Positions 1 to 9,375 are shown, counted from the stretch's first letter. The stretch is DNA of 64,000 bases from Eledone cirrhosa (GCA_964016885.1 OZ024741.1:3534001-3598000); one strand, 5' to 3'. Notes: generated from the letters alone by a model not told the origin. A program made the numbers and translations.

Positions 1-40
1 TCCAATAAAAACAAACAGCTTTACATTATATTGTATATAA

Positions 41-236
41 AGGGCGGTGGATTGGCAGTATCGGTAAGGGTCGGACGCCATGCTTTGAAGCATAGAGTTA
101 CCTCCCTTTATGATCTGAGTTCAAATCCCGCCGAGGTTAACTTTGCCTTTCATCCTTACGGGGTCGATAAAATAAAGTACCAGTAATGCACTGGAATAAT
201 AGCTGGCCTTGTGCCAAAAGTAGAAACAATTATATT
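41..236 (+). mobile_element. tRNA-derived SINE (Nin/Deu-domain-like core)
   Basis: A-box-like TGGCAGTATCGG (~54), B-box GAGTTCAAATCC (~117), core GCCTTTCATCCTTACGGGGTCGATAAAATAAAGTACCAG and tail CTGGCCTTGTGCCAAAAGTAGAAACAATT. A closely similar copy lies in reverse at 1594-1779. Confidence 0.85.
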
Positions 237-521
237 GTATATATTAAAGAGTGGACGAGGAGGAGGAGGGGGAGAAGAGGAGGAGGAGAGATGCAGGTGG
301 GGGGTAGCAGACACAGTGAAGTACCGGGATTTATTATCTTCCTAGTTTAGTTACCTCCCATTGAGAGTGAGGGGTTTAAACTCAACCAAGCTTGACCAGT
401 TGCTGCTGATGTTGTTGTTGTTGTTGTTGTTTAACCTCTGAAATAACCTCTGAAATATACCTTCCAGGCGTGGCCATCCCGTCTATATATCTAAGACTAC
501 ATTTTAATCAATGTGTTATTG

Positions 522-632
522 ATGTTTTGGGGTAAATAAAATAAGGTACCAGTCACGTACTAGGGTTAATTTAATCAACTTTGGCCTTACCTCAAATATG
601 CTGGCCACGTGTCTAAAATAGAAATTAGTATG
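522..632 (+). mobile_element. degenerate SINE 3' half
   Basis: GGGGTAAATAAAATAAGGTACCAGT...GCTGGCCACGTGTCTAAAATAGAAATT resembles the core and tail of the SINE at 41-236. Confidence 0.55.
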
Positions 633-746
633 TACCGCTACACTATTTAATGTGGGGTTCCTTTTTTTAAAACACTCGAGTCGGAGTTAATGGGAAGTTG
701 GTAGCTATATGTCTTACCTCGTGGTAAGACTGGCACCTCTCCTACC

Positions 747-962
747 CTAATATGTCGCCTGCCACATGGTCCTGGCCGACAGGATGGAGAATACATTGCC
801 GCGAGGGGCGGCGATGGAGACGCGCTGGAATAGTCACTCCAACTGGTGGGGCTGGGCCTTACAGGCAACTCTGAACAGGGATGTGGTCCGGGGGCCAAGA
901 ACGCCGAAAGTCTCCACTGTTACAGCCTCTTCCACAAACTTATCAGAGAGTGGCCGATACTT
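747..962 (-). pseudogene. C-terminal restriction-like endonuclease (RLE) fragment of a CRE-like non-LTR retrotransposon
   Basis: Manual minus-strand translation KYRPLSDKFVEEAVTVETFGVLGPRTTSLFR...LE*LFQRVSIAAPRGNVFSIL...*. It matches the KY..L....P.AVET.G..G / QR.SIA..RGN pattern at the end of CRE-clade ORFs. One internal stop. Confidence 0.65.
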
Positions 963-989
963 CAATAATTGTCCCAATTATTCATGTGT

Positions 990-1088
990 CGGACAAAACA
1001 CATTGCAGTATTTAATTATAGCCTTTTAAGTTCTGAGTTCAAGTCCTGCCCAGGTCGACTTTATCTTCCAACCATTCGGAGAGGGGGT
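990..1088 (+). mobile_element. degenerate SINE 5'/central fragment
   Basis: TTCTGAGTTCAAGTCCTGCCCAGGTCGACTTTATCTTCCAACCATTCGG: B-box plus the start of the core domain of the same SINE family. Confidence 0.55.
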
Positions 1089-1181
1089 CATCTGCCAGTT
1101 TTGTTACAATTCCGTTCCCTTGAATCAATAACAAGGAAAATTGAAACTTCACTATGTAACTAGTTAAGGAAGAAATCTATG

Positions 1182-1208
1182 ATATATATATATATATATA
1201 TATATATG
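1182..1208. repeat. (TA)n microsatellite at the 3' end of a Penelope-like element
   Basis: Pure TA run abutting the 3' terminus of the minus-strand element. Confidence 0.9.
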
Positions 1209-1354
1209 GGATAACAAGTTATCATTATGGTAATCCAGTTTCCATAGTTAGGTAGCGAGTTCGCGAGAATTCCTATGCAGGTTATACTTGGAGTAATAAT
1301 AGTGAAAGATTGAAGAATAACATGGTCGGCTGTACAACAAGGGGCTTTATTTCA

Positions 1355-1467
1355 AGTATTAACAATTGTTTCATTGATGAGGTGAGTCTAAAGGCCGCTA
1401 ATCACTCGAAGTTGCGTCACTCGACCTTAAATACAGTGTTTACCTCTCATCAAATCATCGGAATACT
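1355..1467 (-). ncRNA. type I hammerhead ribozyme-like motif (variant or decayed)
   Basis: Minus strand: stem I AGTATT/AATACT, core CCGATGA (canonical CTGANGA), stem II TTGATGAG/CTCATCAA with a long insert, GAAA, stem III AC-AATT-GT (palindromic), cleavage triplet GTT. Confidence 0.65.
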
Positions 1468-1593
1468 AGAGGTTTTACATATGGCATTGGTATATATAGA
1501 GATACAACGGAGAATCAAAACAATAACATCAATAATAAAAGATAATGATAAAGAGGTAAGGAAGTTACAGATGTAAAAAATAAGTAAAAAATA

Positions 1594-1779
1594 ATAATTG
1601 TTTCTACTTTTGGCACAAGGCCAGTAATTAACCAGTGCATTACTGGTACTTTATTTTATCGACCCCGTAAGGATGAAAGGCAAAGTTAACCTTGGCGGGA
1701 TTTGAACTCAGAATGGCAAGGGCCGTAACTCTATGCGTCAAAGCATAACGTCCGACCCTCTACCGATACTGCCAGTCCA
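1594..1779 (-). mobile_element. tRNA-derived SINE, same subfamily as 41-236
   Basis: The reverse complement aligns with 41-236 across A-box, B-box, core and tail. Confidence 0.85.
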
Positions 1780-2942
1780 TAAGTACAGAATACGATTGCT
1801 GATAATAGTGGTGGTAGTGGGTAAGTGTATGTGGTGGTATGTATAAAGACGTAGTGAGGGTGGAGGTAATACTAACATGAAAAGCAACATTAGATACATA
1901 CATACGTGGTGGTCAAATCTCAGAGGGTTAGAAGTAGAGAATAAAAAATAGTAACAAATGACAGATAAAAGATAAAAAATACAGGACAGGAGACAGAGAG
2001 TGGGGGTGGCGATACGAGGATGAGACATAAGGGGTAGGGCTAAGGACGGGGAATGAGAGTTTCGATATATGTATGTGTGTGTGGTAAATGTTTAGCAGGC
2101 TGATTGTCTTATCTTAATGGGGTTGATGTTGCTTTAGGGAGAGAGTGAAAGAAAGGTTAGGAGATTTATGATGTTGATCTAGTGACCAAGTGGTCAGTTG
2201 ACAGCTAATAACAGTGGGGTGACATGTATTTAGTACATTAAAATCCGGGTGGTTCAGCTCGAATTTTGAGATTGCTGGATCGATTCATGTTGGTTTGAAA
2301 TTTGTGAACTTGGTAGCTGCTTTGTTCCTACAGAGCATTGATCTTTCTATTTTGCTGTTAAGCAGCATTTTATCATACTTTAAAATATGGAACAGCTCCA
2401 TATTTCAAAGTCCGCAGTGGGACATTCCATTGTTGTAGGCCCTTGCTCCCGATAATTTCGACCAGCTAATTCCATATTCCTGGTTTGTGCCCTTAAGCTG
2501 CCAGATTTTATTGGCCAGCATTGTTGAGTTCTCTAATTTACGGTTCTTCATAGAGTGTCTGTGAACGTACCATCTTTTTTTTTAATTCCCAGCCGTGGAA
2601 CCTATGTAGTGCCATATTATGTTGCCCGAATGTATAGTACGCAGGTACACCATACTTGATTCCAGGGTACTTATTCGGCAGGTGGCAGTTACAGTTGGAG
2701 GCCTTCCTGTGTGCAGGTTCTCCGTTGCGGTTTTGTATGTTGTTATGGATGGACTGAGATTTAGGCTTATTGATGTTTTGTTGCGATGCGCCCTGATATG
2801 TGTGTGGTTGTGATGTTGTTATGTGTTTGCGTTTTGTATTTGGTGCTATGGTGTATGTTGGTAGGTTATTTTCTTTAGAGATTCTTTTGTAGTTACTTTT
2901 ATGTATATGTGATTCTATGCTGGTTAGCATAGTAAAAAAACT

Positions 2943-4172
2943 GAAAATATCTAATAGAACCCAGCCTCTAACCTCTTGTATGCCCACATTTAACCTAAAA
3001 AAATCATAAAAATAATTTCGAAACAGACCCCACAATTAGATTAATATGCCCATCGAAGTCGGATATAGGTAGAATTAGCAAGTATATACTAGATAGTGTA
3101 ATAGCAAAAATCAGGAACAAACTAGTAATTAAGCTATGAGGTAACACTAACGAAGCAATGGACTGGTTCAGCAAAATAAACAGCAGAGAAACATCTAACT
3201 TCGTACAGTTCGACATTAATGACTACTACTCCTCCATCTCCCCAGTCACCCTAGATAAAGCGCTAGCCTTTGCCCAGAAAAACTCGGACCTAACCTCTGA
3301 TGAAATTAGAATAATACTAGCTGCTAGAAGAACCATCATTAGATTCGAAAATAGTTACTGGGAGCGAAAAGACAGACAGAATAGCTTCGATATCACAATG
3401 GGATCTAACGACTCAGCGCAGGTAACGGACTTGGTGGGAATATATATAGCGCATAACTTACATAAGGCATTTAATAACCTCCAAGGAAGAATTTTCGGAG
3501 ACGACACACTCCTTTTAGCTAAAAACTTAAATAATCAAAACATGGAAAGATTACGGAAAAACATCAGAGCCTTCTTCAACAAACTAAGCCTAGGTATCAC
3601 TTTCGAACTTAACTCTAAAAAAGCAAACTTCTTAGATGTAACACTCAACCTAAACACAGGATTAATAGAGCCCTTCCATAAAAATAACGAGAATCTAGCT
3701 TAAAATAGTTATAACTCAAACCACCCTCGATCCATAAATAACTCCATAGCACATAGTATATCCCTCAAAATATCCGGCCTATCTTCTAACCTAGAGATTT
3801 TTAACGAACACGCAAACTACTACAACATAGCTTTACATAAGGCAGGCCATAAGGAGGAGCTCGAATACATACCAGATAGAGACAGCAACAACAAACCTAA
3901 CGACATACATAAAATCAACTACAAAAGAATCTCTAAAGAAAATAACCTACCAACATACACCATAGCACCAAATACAAAACGCAAACACATAACATCACAA
4001 CCACACACACATCCGGGCGCATCGCAACAAAACATTAATAAGCCTAAATCTCAGCCCATCCATAACAGCATACAAAACTGCAATGGAGAACCTGCACACA
4101 GAAAAGCCTCCAACTGTAACTACCACCTGCCGGATAAGTGCCCACTACAAAATAGATGCCTGAAAAACGATA
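2943..4172 (+). pseudogene. Penelope-like element B, inverted RT-containing segment, decayed
   Basis: Translates to HKNNFETDPTIRLICPSKSDIGRISK...FVQFDINDYYSSI...ITMGSNDSAQVTDLVG...FGDD...NFLDVTLNL...SNHP...CPLQNRC (includes ORF 3158-3703). It has in-frame stops, YRDD changed to FGDD, and the WFNPP segment is missing. Confidence 0.88.
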
Positions 4173-4200
4173 AATGGAAAAGATGGAAAAAATGGAAAAA

Positions 4201-4660
4201 GTATATACATACTACTATACGTCTGTATACATATATGTATGTACGTATACATACTTATATTTAAGTATCAGCCGTACTAAGAGTGAGAAAGGAAATTTCA
4301 TTTTTTCCATTTATCGTTTTCGGTACGCCCGGCCGACTTTCAAACGTTCAATCGACTGACAGGAAGGTATACGGTGTTGATGACAGCTAATAAGCTAGAA
4401 ACTAGTTCATCGTTCCTTTGTCAGTGTTGAACAAAAGGGCAACGATAGTTTCCGAACACTGTACGGCTTAATTCGGGCTGTTTGTTTACAAACAAACCGA
4501 ACATTATAATATATGTTGGGTAAACCCATACGTACGTATATATATATATGTGTGCATGTATGTATGTATATACATACTACTGTACGTCTGTATACATATA
4601 TGTGTACGTATACATACTTATATTTAAGAATCAGCCGTACTAAGAGTGAGAAATGAAATG
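4201..4660 (+). repeat. ~95-bp direct repeats ~365 bp apart (4201-4297 and 4566-4660)
   Basis: GTATATACATACTACT(A/G)TACGTCTGTATACATATATG...TCAGCCGTACTAAGAGTGAGAAA occurs twice with few mismatches. Confidence 0.85.
4371..4413 (+). ncRNA. minimal type I hammerhead-like motif (degenerate)
   Basis: Stem I ACGGTG/CATCGT, core TTGATGA, stem II AGCT-AATA-AGCT (closing C.A mismatch), GAAA, palindromic ACTAGT stem III of the kind seen in minimal dimerising hammerheads, triplet GTT. Confidence 0.5.
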
Positions 4661-5210
4661 TTAAGGTATTAGTTGATTTATTTATTAATTAACAATGGCA
4701 TTTATCTATTTATATATTTAATAATTGTCTATTACCGGTTTCAGCATTTTTATGCATTATCAAATGATAATAATATGTATTGGTGTAGAATGGTGGTGTT
4801 GGACATGTTAAAGAAATGGTGCAGAAAGAATAATGTTATTTACAAACAAGGTTTATGAAATGAAAAGAAAAAAGAAAAAAAGGATCGTAATATGGAGCAT
4901 AATAAGGCAATGTGAAAGAAAAAATAATGTTATTTACAGGCACAGTTCTTGAAGATAAACAGATCAAAATGTGTTAATATAGCAAGAGTGCTTAGTTGAT
5001 CCATGATGGAGGCAAATGGTGGACTGAGGTTTGATATGATTTCCCTTTTAAGAGAGTTAATATGCAGGGGGAGGTAATTCAGGGTGGGAGATAAATGGTG
5101 GATGGTATTTAATTTATTTAAGAAAAAGGATTAGGTAGGGTGTCTGTGCTAGCTGGCAGATGGCAATATATTTTGCCGTTCCCGGGACTTTTTGTCCTAG
5201 GAAAGGAAAA

Positions 5211-5294
5211 TGCTTTCTGATGATCTAAACTTTTCTATTGGAGATTCCTAGGAATCTCCAATCTTTTGTGAAGTGAAACCGTTCGGTAAAAGCA
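5211..5294 (+). ncRNA. type I hammerhead ribozyme with canonical core
   Basis: Stem I TGCTTT/AAAGCA, CTGATGA, a long stem II containing the perfect 12-bp hairpin ATTGGAGATTCC-TA-GGAATCTCCAAT, GAAA, stem III ACC-GTTC-GGT, cleavage triplet GTA (after 5288). It lies ~85 bp upstream of (TA)n, like an isolated PLE 3' end. Confidence 0.75.
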
Positions 5295-5375
5295 ATTGGA
5301 ATAGGTAAATATTTAAATTATATTTTTTAATTTATTTTAAAAAATTGTTTGAATTTTGCTTGCTCCGCTTACCTC

Positions 5376-5378
<3 letters not shown>

Positions 5379-5447
<69 letters not shown>
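5379..5447. repeat. (TA)n microsatellite, left flank of Penelope-like element A
   Basis: Nearly pure TA run. Confidence 0.95.
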
Positions 5448-5539
5448 ACGAAGGAAATGTGGTAAGGAACCAGGTGGACCATAACGCACCAAAGTACTCA
5501 ATACTTAGGGTAGTAGAGTGGGTAATAGGAACGAGTAGG

Positions 5540-5635
5540 ACCCCGACGGCTGAGCTCAAGCCGTTTCGACGGCTAATTCTGGACTAAATGAACATTTTTA
5601 TCCTGGTATATGAATAGCCGAGCTTCTCAGGGGGT
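5540..5635 (-). ncRNA. hammerhead-like motif in the inverted pseudo-LTR (copy of 8995-9090)
   Basis: Reverse complement of the 8995-9090 fold, with the same variant core. Confidence 0.65.
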
Positions 5636-5696
5636 AATTCCATATATGGTAAAAGTGATTGTCACAAGGATTGGTCAAAAGTTTGTTGTTGAGACA

Positions 5697-7845
5697 CATA
5701 AAACACAACATCGACTTCTCCACCAAGAACATCCCAGTTCCACCGAAAAAACTTTACCTTCGCATGCTCACGCAAATCGACCTCTTTGCGAAAAAACTTA
5801 GATGGAGAACTTTTTTCTACGACAGATATTGCGACAATCAGGACTTCGGTACCAAGGAGAGATTCGGATTTAATACCTACAAATCTCCCCCTCCGAACCC
5901 TATGCTCTCACCCTTCGAGAATGACCTTTTCCAACTGGTCAAGAACATTAAATTCAAACTCAGACACAACCGATTCCTACAAAAATTCCGTAGCAACTTA
6001 ACAGAGTATGATAACACCAATGACATCATGGTGCACTCGGATAAAACTGGTAACCTCTACTTCGTCAACCCCGACAGATACCACACACTGATCAGGAGCA
6101 GCCTAAATTCCACCTATAAAAAGGCTAACCACTCCTGCATCGAGGACATAAATCGAGATGGACAACAAATTACCTCCTGCCTCGGGGTCGCCGACGGCAC
6201 GGAACTCCTAGACCCACGACACCCTACTTCACACTGAAGGACCACAAATCCGATTTCGACCGTAAACCTTCTATCAGGCTTATAAACCCAACGAAGTCCG
6301 ACAGGGAGAATCAGCAAAAAAATCCTAGACCGCGTTATACCAAAAGTTAAGCAACACGCCAGACTTAGCCTATGGGTCAACACCCGGGAAGTAACCTCAT
6401 GGTTCAGCAATATGGAGGACAAACGAGACACAAAATTCATCCAGTTTGACATAGAGAGTTACTATGCTTCAATTACCTTACCGCTACTTACGGCTGCCTT
6501 GGACTTTGCCGAAACACTTGCGCCCATCACCGACCAGGAAAGAAACATCATCCTTCACGCCAGGAAGACAGTCCTACTCTTCGACAACTCCAAATGGATA
6601 AAGAGAGCTCCCAACTCACCCTTCGACGTCAGCATGGGCGCGACGGATTCGGCTGAGGTCACAGATCTTATAGGATTATTCCTACTAGTTAAACTCACCG
6701 ATATGTTTCCTGCATTCGGCGGTGGATTGTACCGTGATGATGGGCTCTTTACCCTTAAAGGGTACAACTCCAGTAGTACAGACCGGGTCCGTAAACAATT
6801 AATCAGCTTCTTCCGCGTCTGGGGATTTAAAATAACCCTACAAACGTCCCTGACCAGAGTAAACTTCCTGGACGTTACCCTTGACCTCGATAATGATCTG
6901 TACTACCCATACAGGAAACCCAACGACAACCTGCACTACATCCACCGCCGGTCAAACCATCCTAGGAACATCGCCAATAACCTGGTTAAAAACATCTCCC
7001 TCCGCATATCTCGTTTGTCCGCTAATGAGCAGATATTCGAGGAACATGCGCCTTATTACAACCAGGCCCTCAAGCAGAGTGGTTTCCGGGAGGAAATATC
7101 CTACTGTCCAGCTTCCATTAGCGGAACCAGCAGGCGACACCGCCGCTCACGCAATGTAACATGGTTCAATCCTCCCCACAACGCCGAGGTGACAACTCCT
7201 ATCGGGAAAATCTTCTTTAGGCTCATTGAAAAACACTTCCCACTACAACACCGCTACCACAACATAATTAACAAAAATACCATCAAACTCTCCTACAGCA
7301 CCACACCAAACTTTGCACAAAACATCGTCTCCTCTAACAACAAAAAACTCAACCTCTATGGAAGAAATAACCTAAATAGCAGTGGAGAGCCGACCAGGAG
7401 GTGCAACTGTCCTGATGGATCCATTTGCCCCCTCGACAACAGATGCAGAGATCGTAATGTGATCTACCAGTGCAACGTGAGCACGGACACCTCCAACAAA
7501 GCTTATATAAGATTAACCGCATGTGACTTCAAGACCCGGCTATACCAACACAGACATACCTTCCGAAACCCGGCCCGGTGTCACGCCACCAGACTTTCGG
7601 GCCACATCTGGGACCTCAAGGATAACAATATTACCTATGATCTCACTTTGAGCTTACTGTCCAGAGCCAACTCTTACACGGGAGGACGCCGTCCGTGCAA
7701 TTTATGCTCAGAGGAAACTTTACAAATGCTGTTTTCGACGGACCAACTCCTAAACAAGAAAGACGAACTGGTAACTGCATGCAAACACAGATTGCGTAGG
7801 ACTTACCTCGCCCTCAAACCCCATAATGACCCGCGGGGGGGGTAG
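5697..7845 (+). pseudogene. Penelope-like RT/GIY-YIG polyprotein, disrupted
   Basis: ORFs 5659-6237 (FSTKNIP..KLRWRTFF..SDKTGNLY) and 6412-7845 (QFDIESYY, MGATDSAEVTDLIG, YRDD, NFLDVTLDL, SNHP, WFNPP, CNC-x5-CPL-x3-C, VIYQC..YIR, FKTR..H, CNLC..E, LLN). The bridging peptide YFTLKDHK..IRLINPTKSD is out of frame between ~6223 and ~6303. Confidence 0.92.
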
Positions 7846-8419
7846 ACAAGGGCTGTAACACCCCACTTGCCGACTTTGTAATGGGTAACCCCTGCTTGCA
7901 AAGGTAGACGTAAGATCTTTTATATCTTTTTATCGCTTCCTCTATATTTCCTTCTTCCCCCCATCCCTTCCTAGTCCTTCCACCCCAATCCTCTTTTTTT
8001 GTCGTCGTCCTTTACACTTTCTCGCCCACCCGAGGCAGCCCCTCGGTCCTTTGTAGCCTCAGTACCCCCACCCCCTTCCCCTATTCTATGATAGAATTGG
8101 CCGACTCCGCTTTTTATAGCAGATGTGATAGACCCCGGATACTTGCTTTCTTATCCGATGGCTGCCCCTTTTCCGTGCTTTCTACATTTCCTAGTGGTAT
8201 CTTTGCTTTAGTTTCTCGTATATCAGTATTTATTTTTTTTTTGGGGGGGGGGGGGGGGATTCTGAATTAATTTTCCGTATCAAATTTTTTCATATACTTC
8301 GTACGAGCATTTATGTAGTTTGCACTAGAATTTTTGTATCGTAGCGGCACCCTTAGAGATAGTATTAGTATTCTTTTTCGGGATTCTGAATTATTATTTC
8401 GTATTAGTTTATTTTTTGG

Positions 8420-8465
8420 CACTGGGTGGTTGCTGGCCTTGTGCCTAGGGTAGAAACAATTATTT
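8420..8465 (+). mobile_element. SINE-tail-like segment within the 3' UTR of element A
   Basis: GCACTGG...GCTGGCCTTGTGCCTAGGGTAGAAACAATTATT matches the tail of the SINE at 41-236. Confidence 0.55.
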
Positions 8466-8994
8466 CGTATTAGTCTCGGGACACTGAATTATTATTTCGT
8501 GGTAGTTTCTTTAGTATTTTGGCCCCCCACTTGTTGACCCGTCACCGTAAGATATACTCGGTTGATTACTACTACCTCTTAAAAGGGTCTCATTATAATT
8601 CCATCCCACCTAGTAAACTTTTCTATAGTCTAGCAGTACCAGTGAGAGACTTGATGGCTGTCGTTAGGGAATAGTAAACAGAAATTGCTTTTTTTTTTTT
8701 TTATATTTAATTGTTTTTTTTAACATTCTCGGTATTCTTCTATATATTTACCCCATATTGTTTTACTTATTGTTTCGACTTCCTCCCCCTCCCTAGTATA
8801 CTTCCTTGACCTCCTGCCCTGCTGTAGTTGGCACTATCAACGCACAACTGGGTTTCCTCCACCCCCTCTCCCTCTTTCTTCTACTGGCAGGTTCAGCTAC
8901 CCCTTCCTTCCACAAATTGCCATGATAGAATTATGTCTCAACAACAAATTTTTGACCAATCCTTGTGACAATCACTTTTACCATATATGGAATT

Positions 8995-9090
8995 ACCCCC
9001 TGAGAAGCTCGGCTATTCATATACCAGGATAAACATTTTCATTTAGTCCAGAATTAGCCGTCGAAACGGCTTGAGCTCAGCCGTCGGGGT
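8995..9090 (+). ncRNA. type I hammerhead-like motif with variant core in the 3' pseudo-LTR
   Basis: Stem I ACCCC/GGGGT, core CTGAGAA(G), stem II CGGCTA-TTC/GAA-T-TAGCCG with a long loop, GAAA, stem III ACGGCT/AGCCGT around a palindromic TGAGCTCA, triplet GTC (cleavage after 9085). Confidence 0.7.
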
Positions 9091-9109
9091 CCTACTCGTT
9101 CCTATTACC

Positions 9110-9112
<3 letters not shown>

Positions 9113-9152
<40 letters not shown>
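9113..9152. repeat. (TA)n microsatellite, right flank of element A
   Basis: Pure TA run. Confidence 0.95.
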
Positions 9153-9153
<1 letters not shown>

Positions 9154-9375
9154 GATATTAATAAATGGAAACTATATTTATAAAACCATATTTATTTCAT
9201 TATACATATTTCAGGGATACCACATTAAATTATGGTATGCCTTCATCAGACAAAATACAATATATAACAGTTTTACAAATAGGTTTGACGTACCCTTCAA
9301 AATACAACCATTACTTTTGGAGGCTGTCTGGATAGTGATTTGTTTATATAATAAGTCATAGTGTTAAGCACAATT

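Larger units (their letters stand above)
1208..2942 (-). mobile_element. Penelope-like element B, 3' part (linker, GIY-YIG endonuclease, 3' UTR/pseudo-LTR), decayed
   Basis: The minus strand translates, with frameshifts, to CNC...MVYL...YIGST..KKRWYVH...LANKIWQLK...ISW...AYNNGMSHCGL*..E...LLNSKIE...CR, ending at the stop at 2285-2287. This is collinear with the C-terminus of ORF 6412-7845. The segment ends in (TA)n and carries a hammerhead-like fold. Confidence 0.85.
5448..9113 (+). mobile_element. Penelope-like retroelement A, near full length, with inverted 5' pseudo-LTR, inserted in (TA)n
   Basis: RT plus C-terminal GIY-YIG coding region, ~1.27-kb 3' UTR, 5517-5696 is the reverse complement of 8934-9113, and both sides are flanked by (TA)n. 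Confidence 0.92.

Noticed and set aside
41-135. tRNA gene
   Set aside because: It has A/B boxes but no convincing cloverleaf, and it continues into a SINE core and tail found in several copies.
1374-1420. Plus-strand hammerhead (TTGATGAG...GAAG..GTC)
   Set aside because: No stem I pairing and GAAG instead of GAAA. It is the antisense of stem II of the better minus-strand fold.
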